DNA of 64,000 nucleotides from Octopus vulgaris (taxonomy: Eukaryota): assembly GCA_951406725.2 (NCBI GenBank), contig OX597821.1, forward strand, positions 60,884,001-60,948,000, written 5' to 3'. A program made the position numbers and the translations under genes. Numbering within the stretch: position 1 is the first letter of the stretch; each line of letters starts with the position of its first letter. Positions 50,960 through 64,000 of this stretch are shown in pieces. A model generated the notes under the pieces. It ran no database searches and was not told the origin of the DNA. It saw nothing but the letters and a program-made list of their open reading frames with translations.

Positions 50960-51880
50960 TTCCCGTCATTTTCCATTTTTTTATGTTCCTTCCTCCATTT
51001 TTCCTCGCATAATTTCCTTTTTTTCTGCTTTGTTTATTTGTTTGTAGTCTCTTTTATGTTTTCTTCTGTTTTTCTTTTGTTTCCTTCTTTCTTTCCCCTG
51101 TTATGTTCTCTTTTTTTTTTCTCTCAGTCTGTTCTCTTTCAATAATTTTTTTTTCAATTTTTTTCCCACTCCTTCATTTATCACCTTTCCAAACATCTCA
51201 TCTTGCTTCAGTTTCTTACTTTTATCTCTTCATTTTCGTTCATTCATTCATTACTTCTGTCGTTCTTCCTTCCTCCTTCCTTTCTCAATTTTTCTCTCTT
51301 TTCATTAGTTCTTTATTCGCGCTTGTATCCTTCCTTCATTTACTCCTTTCTGTCTATCATTCTTTCGTTCCTTCACACCTTTGCCATCTATTCATCTTTG
51401 CTTGTTCCTGATTTCCTTCCTATATTTCTTCTTTCCTCTTTTTCTTTCTCTCTGTCTACCATCCATTGTTTGTTTGTTTGTTTGTTTGTTTCTTTCTTTC
51501 ATTCATTCATTCATTCTTTTTTTCTTTCTTTCATTCGTTTTCTTTCTCTCTCTTTTTCATTCATTAATTCTTTCTTTTTTCTCTTGTAACCCCCTCCCCC
51601 TCCTTCTGTCCCTCCATCCCGCCGTTCGTTCGTTCGTTCGCTCCTTCGTTTCTTCGTCCCTTCCTTCTATCCTTCCTTTTTTCCTTCCTTCCTTCCTCCC
51701 CTCTCTTTTTCCCCTCTTCCTTCATAGTTTCTTTCTCCAATTCTACGCACCACTTCATCCACATACCTAGACTCCATGCTTCAATTTTTTCTTCCCTCAA
51801 TCCTTCATTCTCTCCTCTGTCTCTCTCTGTCTCCCCGTCTCTCTCTGTCTCCCTGTCTCTCTCTCGCACTCTTTCTCCCG
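50960..51880. repeat. Polypyrimidine low-complexity tract
   Basis: About 900 bp of TTC/TTCC/TTTC/CT motifs. Confidence 0.9.
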
Positions 51881-52109
51881 CGTAACTTTAATTGGATGTT
51901 TGCGGATTTATCTGTATATTTTGCACATTTTTTTTATTATTCTATTTTAGATATGTATACATTTTTAATCTATTAAAGCGTTTAAGTGTAGTTGTATATA
52001 TGTATGGAAATGTATGCATATAACTTTGATGGTGCGCATGACGCATATCTCTCAAATATAATTTGGCTGCACTTGTGTATCCTACTGTATGTGTGTATGA
52101 ATGCATATG

Positions 52110-53930
<1,821 letters not shown>

Positions 53931-54164
53931 ACACGAACAGATAAACCAAGTACACTACACGTAACACCCATACACGCACAATTTTAGGCGTTGTCAACGC
54001 ATAAACCATGGCATGAAGACAAACAAGCTCTGTTTCTATCCCTCTCTGTCTTTTCCTTAGGTGCGTTGGTATTCCCTTAAATGTAAGTCTTACATATTCT
54101 CAAGAGAAAAGCTTCGATTTTAGAGTCATTGAAAAATTGTCAATGACTCAGACACCTTTATTCT

Positions 54165-54588
54165 TTCGTTCTTTTGTTCTTTTAATAGTTTCAGCCATTT
54201 TTCTGTTGCTAGGATGGAGCACCGCATTTTAGTCGAAGAAATCGACCCCTGGATTTATTCTTTGTAAGCCTGGTACTTATTCTACTGGACTCTTCGGCCG
54301 AACCGCTAAGTTACAGGGACGTAAACATACCAACCTCATTTGTCAAGCGATGGTGGGGACACGGACAAACCCCCCCACACACACAGACATCCACACATAC
54401 GACGGTCTTCTTTCAGTTTCCGTCTACCAAATTCAATCACATGGCTTTATTCGGCCCTCGGTTATAGTAGAAGACACTTGCCCAAGATACCACACAGCGG
54501 GACTGAACTCGCAACTACGTGGTTGGGAAGCAAGCTTCTTACCACACAGCCATGCCTGCACCTGGCTTCTTACCACGCAGCCACGCCT
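54165..54588 (-). mobile_element. S1 SINE, diverged
   Basis: Reverse complement of S1 with a short duplication of the 5' end (CTTCTTACCAC..AGCCA.GCCT twice). Confidence 0.85.
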
Positions 54589-55222
54589 ATGAAGATGCAT
54601 TCCCACACGCACAGATGGCTGCATATATCTGCATGAACAACTGCGTGTAAGTGTGTGTGAGTCAGTGTGCGCGAGTGTGTGCATGTGGATGAGCGTGGCT
54701 GTGTATCTATTTACATGTATTAAAATTCTAAGGATTAAAATTTCTACATATCAAATTACTTATAAAAGAATGAAGCCCTAGAGAGAAACATATAGACCAA
54801 CAAACTTTGCACTTACAGACATTCTCTTCTGAACATCAGAGCACAAACAAATGTATTAACAACACTAGGACATGACCGATTAATAACCCCCACCTTCCAA
54901 ATTCAAACAGTAACAACAAGTGAGAAACTGTCCAGCTTAAACATACCACTTAATTAAATTCTTTTGTGAAGCCTAAAAAGCAAGTGAAAAAAATGCTAAC
55001 ACACCTAATAGCGAAGTTTTGAAATACTGGACTAAATTTTGAACCTTTAACCTTTACATTGTCAAAGTGAATGATTAATACCATTAAAACCAAATATATC
55101 TAAAACGGTTTTTCATAGCGTCTATTGCCATTAATAGCCAACGAAAATGTATCGTAGCTCTTCGCTCCGACGTTCGAAGCTCCGAGTACTATAATGACAA
55201 CTTACTGTTTGTTCTAAACTAT

Positions 55223-55287
<65 letters not shown>

Positions 55288-55344
55288 TATATATATATAT
55301 CATATATTTTATATAAATAAGTTTAAGATCGTTATTTAAATATC

Positions 55345-55574
55345 GATCGTATCAAGTGTCCAGCATGGGAATAAAAACATTTAAAGGTAATAATTATTAA
55401 TAAAATTATAATTTAGGGTATCTAAGAGATAACATCACGCTGGAAATTGCAGCCAAAGCTTGACTCTAAAACCAAATTAAATGTTCATTTAATTTTCATT
55501 TAATGTGGTTTTAGATTCAAGTTTTAGCTGCTATTTCTAGCATGGTGGTATCTCTTAGATACACTAAATTATAA
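55345..55574. mobile_element. Element D: inverted pair of fragments carrying the GCTGCTATTTCT motif, no HHR visible
   Basis: 55406-55483 is the reverse complement of 55497-55574; minus strand reads GGCTGCAATTTCCAGCGTG...AAATGTTTTTATTC-CCATGCTGGA-CACTTGAT, same motif order as A and B. Confidence 0.7.
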
Positions 55575-55643
<69 letters not shown>

Positions 55644-55653
55644 TGTATGTTTG

Positions 55654-55694
<41 letters not shown>

Positions 55695-55705
55695 GTACAC
55701 ATATG

Positions 55706-55973
55706 AAGGTCCATGGCTTCATGGTTAGCGTGTTCTGTTCAGGATTGAAACCCGGTGGTGTCCTTGTCTCAATGAGCTGGCAAAAATAAGTTTTACATAT
55801 AATTCAAAAGGCCAGCCTTGTCCCATTCACTTTCCCGTTGAATCTCCCTAAGAAATACGTTAGGGATACGCGTGGTTGAGAACTGCTCAGCCACTTAGAC
55901 GTTTATTTCACAAGCAGGCTGTTCAGTTGGTCGAGCCAAGTGAAACACTCGTCATCGTAACCGACGAAGTGAC
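55706..55973 (+). mobile_element. Decayed tRNA-headed SINE with tail type 3
   Basis: GGCCAGCCTTGTC...TGCTCAGCCACTT...CGTAACCGACG matches the reverse complement of 59235-59400. Confidence 0.7.
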
Positions 55974-56115
55974 GGTTATGTATATACATACATCCATACA
56001 GCACCCACACACATACGCATATATATATATGCCTGATTTTATACATATACAAAAACTCACACAAATCGGTACAGATATAGATTTTTCGATCCACCCTCCC
56101 ATACACACACACTCA

Positions 56116-56158
<43 letters not shown>

Positions 56159-56181
56159 AAATAAGAGTGCTCTATGTAATA

Positions 56182-56600
56182 TTTTCTCTTTTACTCTGCT
56201 ACTTGTTTCAGTCATTTGACTGTGGTCATGCTGGAGTACCGCCTTTAGTCGAGCAAATCGACCCCAGGACTTATTCTTTTTAAGCCTAGTATTTATTCTA
56301 TCGGTCTCTTTTGCCGAAACGCTAGATTACAGGGACGTAAACACACCACCATCGGTTGTCAAACGATGTTGGGGGATAAATAGATACACACACACACACA
56401 CACTCATACACACAAACACACACATATATATATACATATATACGACGGGCTTCTTTTAGTTTCCGTCTACCAAATCCACTCATAAGGCTTTGGTCGACTC
56501 GAAGCTATAGTAGAAGACACTTGCCCAAGGTACCACGCAGTGGGACTGTACCCGGAACCATGTGGTAGGTAAGCAAGCTACTTACCACACAGCCACTCCT
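56182..56600 (-). mobile_element. S1 SINE
   Basis: Full-length reverse complement of S1. Confidence 0.9.
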
Positions 56601-57108
56601 ATTTATATAATATATACATTTATTTGGAGTCCAATTTATACAAGTCTCATGGAAAGAAAAGTTATAATTGAAAGACTGCAAACGGGTTACATTAACATAA
56701 ACATTTTATTCTATATATTTATATTAACTGGTGTTCTAGACGCTCCATGCCTTTGTCCCCAGGTATAATGTATTTATAATCAGCTTCAACATTGGGTTCC
56801 GTGTATTTTCAGCATGCATATGTCTTTTAAATAGATTTGGAAATTGATACGTTTGTGTTAGCACCATTTTTAATGTTGTTTAAATGTTGCAATGTACAAA
56901 TTCTCCATTACATGAAACAGAAAATATGCAACGAGATGTATTTTCAGTTGTATCTTGAAACTATCTATGTTTCCATTTTTTTCTACATAAACACACATAT
57001 AAAATATATGTACACACACACACAAACACACACACACATATATATATATATACAAGCTACATGCATGTACGTGATACATACACACGCACACACACACATA
57101 TATATATG

Positions 57109-57156
<48 letters not shown>

Positions 57157-57239
57157 TATAATCTATACAAATATGATTATGTAGGTTATATGTATGTGTG
57201 TATATATATATGTGTGTGTGCATGTCTGTTTCGCACATA

Positions 57240-57273
57240 CATACAACCTGCATATATATGTGAGTACATATAA

Positions 57274-57321
<48 letters not shown>

Positions 57322-57356
57322 ACCTGTATATATATATATATACACACACATATAAC

Positions 57357-57399
<43 letters not shown>

Positions 57400-57440
57400 T
57401 ATATAACCTGTATATATATATATATATATATATATCTACA
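57240..57440. repeat. Minisatellite TATAACCTG(TA)n(CA)n, about five units
   Basis: AACCT(G) anchors near 57245, 57272, 57321, 57354 and 57405. Confidence 0.85.
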
Positions 57441-58278
57441 TGTGTATATGCATACATACATGCATATAGGTTATATGTGTGTATCTTTCTACATATAGAT
57501 ATGTAAATATAAATTTGTATATATGAATATATATATAAAATCATTTATTTATTTATGTACGTATATATTTATGTATGTATGGTGTGGAGTGTGTGTTCAA
57601 ACGGTGACATATATCAACGCATTAACATAAAATTGCAATATAGTTTTAAAAAAGTAACTTGACAAGTGAAAAGTAATCTTATTTCATATTTACATTTCTT
57701 AGTCTTTCACTTAAGCGTGTTTTCCTTAACCTTGTCATGTAACAAATTGTTTTACTTATACAAAACAGAAATACACATCACTTCATATTTCATACAGACT
57801 TTTGTGTACTTTAGCTTAGACATAAGTGCACAGAAGGTTGTGGAGTGTTTAATCAAGTGTTTCAAAACTGTAAGTTCAAACACCAAGTTGTTTTTGTTAA
57901 CAATTCAATGGCCTCAGAGCAGTTAATATTAATTACGCTCGAAGCAATGAAGTAAACTGGATGTAATTAATCTTCTAAAAAAATTAAATATAAAAACACA
58001 TATATTATCATCAAGCTTAAACTCGTTTATTTCATGTTTGTTATAAATTATATTCCAGAAGTACTGTATGTCGCCACTGCTTGCAGCATCAAAGAACGAG
58101 CTTTTGGAATAACTTGTCCACGTTCAGACAACGTTGTTCTTTCGATTCCACCGAGATTTATTTTAAATGTATTTAGGCCTCATCGGATAAATACAGGAAT
58201 TTCGGATGCCAGAAGATGAAGATATTGAATTAAAGGGTCCTAAAAAGGGTTAGATTATATAAGAATATCTATATGTAT

Positions 58279-58670
58279 AGGCACAGGAGTGGCTGCATGG
58301 TAAGTAGTTTGCTTCCCAACCACATGGTACCGGGCTCAGTTCCAGTGGGTGGCACATTGGGCAGGTGTCTTCCATTATAGCTTCGGACCGACCAAAGCCT
58401 CGTGAGTAGACTTGGTAGACGGAAACTGAGAGAAGCCCGTCGTATATATATATTTTGTCCACCACGTAAATTTTGTTACCCATCACAGTTTGACAACCGG
58501 TGTTGGTATGTTTATGCCCCCGTAACTTATCAGTTCGGGAAAGAGATCAATAGAGTAAGCACCAGGCTTAAAATGTGAAAAATATTGGGGTCGATTCAAT
58601 CGACTAAAAATTCTTTAAGGCGGTGCCCCAGCAGGGACACGGTCTTATGACTGAAACAAGTAACAGATAA
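58279..58670 (+). mobile_element. S1 SINE, diverged
   Basis: Aligns to S1 head and tail. Confidence 0.85.
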
Positions 58671-59234
58671 AAGCTACAATATGGAGATAAAGATTACCTT
58701 TTGGTCCTTCCGTTGCAAACAATTTTTAAATAGCTTGCTGGCTATTTGCGACACCAGTGTTTGTAAAGATGTTGATATGCTGTATATCGAAGCAACGGGA
58801 CTTGACTGGCCTGTGGTGACCGGACTCCTTGCACTGATGATTTGCAGTAAAATGAAAACACGTGATATGTGAATTCCAACAGTGATGACAAACGATTCTC
58901 GTCTGCTACGATCTGTACATGTGTGTGTGTGTGCGCGTCCGTGTGTGTGTCTTTATGCACCAAACATCTATATGAGAGGATCTCTCAAGGCTAATAACGC
59001 AGTATTCGGTGTTCTAACAGTGTTCCACTTGAATGGAAATTTTGTTTTCACTATAAAACACATATTGCTAGGTTTATACCACCCCCTTGAGACCCAACTA
59101 CACTCTTGTTGAAAATTATAGAATACTTGATAAGTAATATAAACGTCCTAAATTCAGTGGCGGCCTTGATAACGATGTTATGCGTTAATTTAACGTGTCA
59201 AACCTATTTTTATTAATGTATATCGAATTCTGGA

Positions 59235-59459
59235 AGCACTCCATCGGTTACGACGACGAGGGTTCCGGTTGATCAACGGAACAGCCTGCTCGTGAAATTA
59301 ACGTGTAAGTGGCTGAGCACTCCACAGACACGTGTACCCTTAACGTAGTTCTCGGGGATATTCAGCGTGACACAGAGAGTGACAAGGCCGGCCCTTTGAA
59401 ATACAGGTACAACAGAAACAGGAAGTAAGAGTGACAGAAAGTTGTGGTGAAAGAGTACA
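59235..59459 (-). mobile_element. 5'-truncated S2 SINE, tail type 3
   Basis: AGAAACAGGAAGTAAGAGTGACAGAAAGTTGTGGTGAAAGAGTACAA matches the S2 body at 1466-1518; the tail differs. Confidence 0.8.
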
Positions 59460-62164
59460 ATTATCGAATTATGCATAGATATAAACAAGATTTACACAGA
59501 TACAAGAGTTAGAACTTGTGGTCCGCCCACGGATCTTTTCATTGGAATTTTTTGCCCACCGCACTAAAAAGTCCCGTCCCTCCCGCGTTTTACATTCATA
59601 GACTTTGAGAAGCAGATCATATTATGCCGGAGATTTAAAATGCGTCATTTTCTTATTGAGGTATGAACTTTATTAAACATAGATTAATGTGAATTCTACT
59701 ATTTCTCTTTGTAAAACTGATGAATATTCTCGCCAAGTTATGACTGAACATTCTAAACAATCTCAAAGTACACGTTCCACTTTTGTAAAAATCTCAGATT
59801 TTTTCAGTCATCAGTTTTGTACAATCTGTATTGAAAACCGAGCTGAACTACTGATATCTGATCAATCAAATCTTTTAAAACTTTCCTACAATGCCTCAAT
59901 AGCCTTCTCTACTATTTATTGAATTGTAGTTGCTTTCTGCGCTCGCACTATTTCTCTTAAAATCATAGGCTCAGATCTCTTTAGTAAGAGCAGTGTTTTT
60001 TTACGCTTCACATTTTTCTATCTGATGTTCAATATTTGTGGTTATTGTATGTTTAACCTTCGAGAGACATACCATCAAGGTTGTTCTCAGGAAATCAATT
60101 CTGGCGCTTACGACAGAGTAATCCAAATATTTCCCAGAAGACAGAGTATTCTGCTTCTGTGAAGTACTTCCACGATTCTTCGACATTTCCTGCTACATTT
60201 GAATCTCATTTATCTGAGGGCTTAGTTTTTTCTATCCTTAACATTCAGTGATTGACATTTATACATCTAGGAGCTTTGATATTTCTAATTCCGTTGTTTT
60301 CCAGTAACTATGAAAGAGACTTTGCTGCGCAACAAACGATCATCTGATAACCATTAACAAGTAGAGAACAAAAGAGTGAACACACTTTGTCCAGTAATCA
60401 ATTAAATATCAGTCATTGCAAGTTGTTTTCTAATTGTTAGGTTGCGAGAACTGTGTGTCTGTGCTTGAGATGTTAAATTTATTATATAAGAGCAGCAGAC
60501 GCAGGTCATGATAATACATTTTGACTACTCTCTACTTACCAATACATCAGATCAAGTATCAGGATTGGAGCCTACTCTGGTACAAAAGTCACGGTTTTGA
60601 AGGAACTTGCTTTTATGAGAATCTTTTGAAAATGGAGAACGTTTGGTATCAAAGAGACAATGGAGTCTTTGACGAATTCACTACAAAGGTTAGAATATAG
60701 CAGCTTATTAAAGATGGAGTTCCTTTCCTTCATATTTACTTCTAGAGCCATTATACCATCTTGGGGAAGTGATGACTTTATAATGGTATTTTTTTAATTA
60801 CATACCAACATCGGATGACCTAGTTTCATTTTATTATCCGCCTATTCAATAAAAAACTCCTACTTCTTCCAAGTGTGCTATGCCAAAAAAAAAAAAAAAA
60901 GAGTTTTACTAAGAAACAGCAATATAAATGTTATAGTTGTTTAAAATCTCAGAAAACAGCCGTCACTGTGATTAAGTAAGAACTTCCATCCTGAAAGTTT
61001 CCCCATTCTAAGTTCCGATAATCACATTTTCTTGACAGCTTTCTTCAAATCATAAGAGTATATCATCTATTAAAATCGTGTAACAACGTGACATGGTTGA
61101 ATACAGGTATACAATGTTGGGGTTAATTTTATCGTGCCTACTTCGAGAGAAGCACTGTTACACCTGAAAAGCCCAGTTTTGTCATCCACGAGCTAAAAGG
61201 TACATGAACATCGGTAATCCTATTTACCAAAATAATCGTCACTCAAAGGTGAACATAATGCCGAATTTGAGCTAACGATTTCTGGCGTTATCTCCAGCCT
61301 GCTCCATTTTCATCCCTCCGTTAATATTGAACTCATTTTGAATATACAAAAAGAATATTAAGAGAGTATTAAATACATAAATATATTCAAAATGTATGAA
61401 TTGTTCAAACGTATTAAAATGAATTAAAATATATGTATCACAAATATGAAATGTATAAATTTTTAAAAATACATCAAATACACTAAAGATAAAAGTTGAT
61501 TTGAATGACACACAGAATCAATGGACAATTCCCACACAGGGATTTGACTATGGTGGGGAAGAATTCTGTAGAACCATAGACTCTTTTTAATTTTGATGTG
61601 TGTCTGATCTTGCGTGAGGGGTGATATTACACGTTATATATCAATCTTATACTCAAAACCTCCCTAGAGTAACGCCCGTTCTGAAAATACTTCTTTATTT
61701 CAAAAATAAGGAAATAAAAACATATATTGGAATTTTCAGAATGGTCGCAAATATTTCTCATTATTTTGCTTCTCTAGATAAAACAATATCTGATAAAAGT
61801 AGCTGACTAAGAGATCATTATTTATTAAAATAGTGCATCAATTACCGTCTAATCACCTTGTAAAGTAATTAATTACTCAAGTAACAACAGAATATATATT
61901 TTAATCAATATTCTATTTTTATTATCAAAGAACAGAGTAATGCAATACCGTACCTCACACAACATACGCACACACACACACATACACACACATGAGCGCA
62001 CACACACGCACACACACACACACACACACACAAATATATATATATATATAAAGCAAGTAAGAAAATGGAGAGTATATAAAATCCAGTAGTATATTGGATA
62101 TTTATTATCCCTTAGATGGTTTATTAACATCTAATACAGACACACACACACATACGCGCGCGCG

Positions 62165-62199
<35 letters not shown>

Positions 62200-62646
62200 G
62201 TATGTATGCATGAATGTATGTATATATCAATGTAAGAGCATTAAGTTAAAATAATCATCTATGTATCATATTAATGTATATACATTCTTGGCAGGCACAG
62301 TGCTGTGGTTTTTGTCTGAGAGAAAATTTCCTCATAGACATACCGTTTACAGAACACAGTATATATATATCGGAGAAAGGATCGAACCTAACCTTAGCAA
62401 TAACCCACGAGAACATCAAACGCGTTTTGCTTTCATTCACAGCTAGCAGTTCTTCTAGACACGTGATTAGTAAGTATATGTCTTTGATATAGCTCAAAGA
62501 AGTCGAGACGCTTCTGACGACTTTCATGTAAGTTACTGTTGGGACGATGCTTATCTCGCTACGATATATATTGTGTTTTTATCCCAGGATGCCAATGTAG
62601 GAATCTTCTCTCAAACAAAAACTATACCATGATGCTCGTCAGCGAT

Positions 62647-62709
62647 ATTTATATGCTAAGTGTGATTTGTAGATGGCTCTCTCTCTCTCTATCTCTCTGT
62701 ATATGCATA

Positions 62710-62770
<61 letters not shown>

Positions 62771-62823
62771 GCTAAGTGTGATTTGTAGATGGCTCTCTCT
62801 TTCTATCTCTCTGTATATGCATA

Positions 62824-62878
<55 letters not shown>
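62647..62878. repeat. Tandem duplication of a ~115-bp microsatellite-containing unit
   Basis: ATTTATATGCTAAGTGTGATTTGTAGATGGCTCTCTC...GCATAGATG(TA)n occurs twice. Confidence 0.9.
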
Positions 62879-62881
<3 letters not shown>

Positions 62882-63246
62882 TACATATGTACGCTTATGT
62901 ATATGTATGTATACACACACACACACACACATATACATAAGCGTATATATGTATTTATAACATAATATTACAACTCCTTGTGGAATATAATAAGTATCTA
63001 GATTTCAGAGCAACAATAGATAGAATGCTTAAATAATTGATAATATAAGGGAAGAAACCAATGAAATTCAAATGAAAATTTAATTGGATTACTTAAATGA
63101 CTTCAAGGAAATTTTAGCTGCAATTCATGTAAAAAGTGAAACGCTGTTGCCGAATTGATTTGGCGATTTTGACTGTTCTTAAAATGGTGCTTGGCAGATG
63201 TGCCCAGAGCAGATTATCTATTGCAAACACTGTTTTGTTTCCTTAC

Positions 63247-63347
63247 TTCAGATCAAGTCCTAGAAATAGCTGCATCTGTCTATTTTGCAGCATTTCCATC
63301 TAATCAATGATCTAGGGCTATATTGTAAAATGAGGTTTGTCTCTCAT
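63247..63347 (-). other. Candidate non-coding (5' UTR) exon
   Basis: Strong acceptor tttttttcctctctcgttatacag and donor GTAAGG bound 101 nt; stops in all frames. Confidence 0.35.
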
Positions 63348-64000
63348 CTGTATAACGAGAGAGGAAAAAAACGTCTTTAAATAACAACCCTGTTTGTTGT
63401 TTGTCAGAGAATGCGATAGGATGAGCTTAACTGTGGTTTGAAATATCTCAAATATGTGTAAAATTTAAGGAAGATACAAATTTAGAAACTGCAATGATAA
63501 AAATGTATAAAAGTCGAACAAATTGAAAAATAAATACTGCAATAAAAATGGGAATATTAGAAAAGTTTAGATAATTAACTTTAATTGCTTTCAATGGCGT
63601 TTAGGCATTTTCCGTTGCATTCAAAATAAAATTAGTCATTCTTTCCTAGTCACTAATAGACAATTTCATTAAGTGACAGAAATAAAATGTATTGTGTTCC
63701 AGTAAAATGTTCACATTTATGAAGCCACAATGAAAATAAAAGAACAAGAAATACATTTGCATTGCAATCAACGTAAAATGAGAAACAAGTAAAGTAATAA
63801 TAAAAAATAAAAACGAAAAATTATGAAGTCAGAGCAAGTTACGAATAGACAGAAAAACAAACAGATATCTCAGACATTTCTTTGGCGAATTGATTAGGAA
63901 ATTGCATCGCTGTTGAGTATCTACAAGTGGAATGTAATCATTAGTCTCGAAGCCTCACTAATAAAATAAAGAAGTGAAACAGATCGATTAGAATCGATTG

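Noticed and set aside
60540-60681. Another possible minus-strand exon (donor GTAAGT)
   Set aside because: Weak acceptor and no open frame; too speculative.

Overview
AT-rich, microsatellite-dense eukaryotic DNA with no intact protein-coding gene. The SINE families resemble those I recall from Octopus, so a cephalopod origin is likely (inference). Mobile elements: an internally deleted Chapaev3-like transposon, a CR1-type LINE 3' end, a decayed Penelope-like element (PLE; RT + GIY-YIG, inverted pLTRs), a Tc1 DD34E element with TIRs, two R4/Dong-type fragments in (TAA)n, and about 20 tRNA-derived SINE copies of three families, several with TSDs. Three things stand out. (1) About 15 intact or decayed type I hammerhead ribozyme (HHR) motifs. 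Several lie in a non-coding family (measured 560-bp monomer at two loci) arranged as partial tandems and inversions inside (TA)n tracts, like retrozymes or non-autonomous PLEs. (2) These elements share a second, non-HHR RNA-like structure with compensatory base changes across four divergent copies. (3) The PLE has an in-frame TGA at a zinc-knuckle Cys position plus a SECIS-shaped 3' hairpin, as in selenoprotein-encoding Naiad PLEs. A few splice-site-bounded segments suggest the window lies within introns of a minus-strand host gene (low confidence). All folds and alignments were done by eye.
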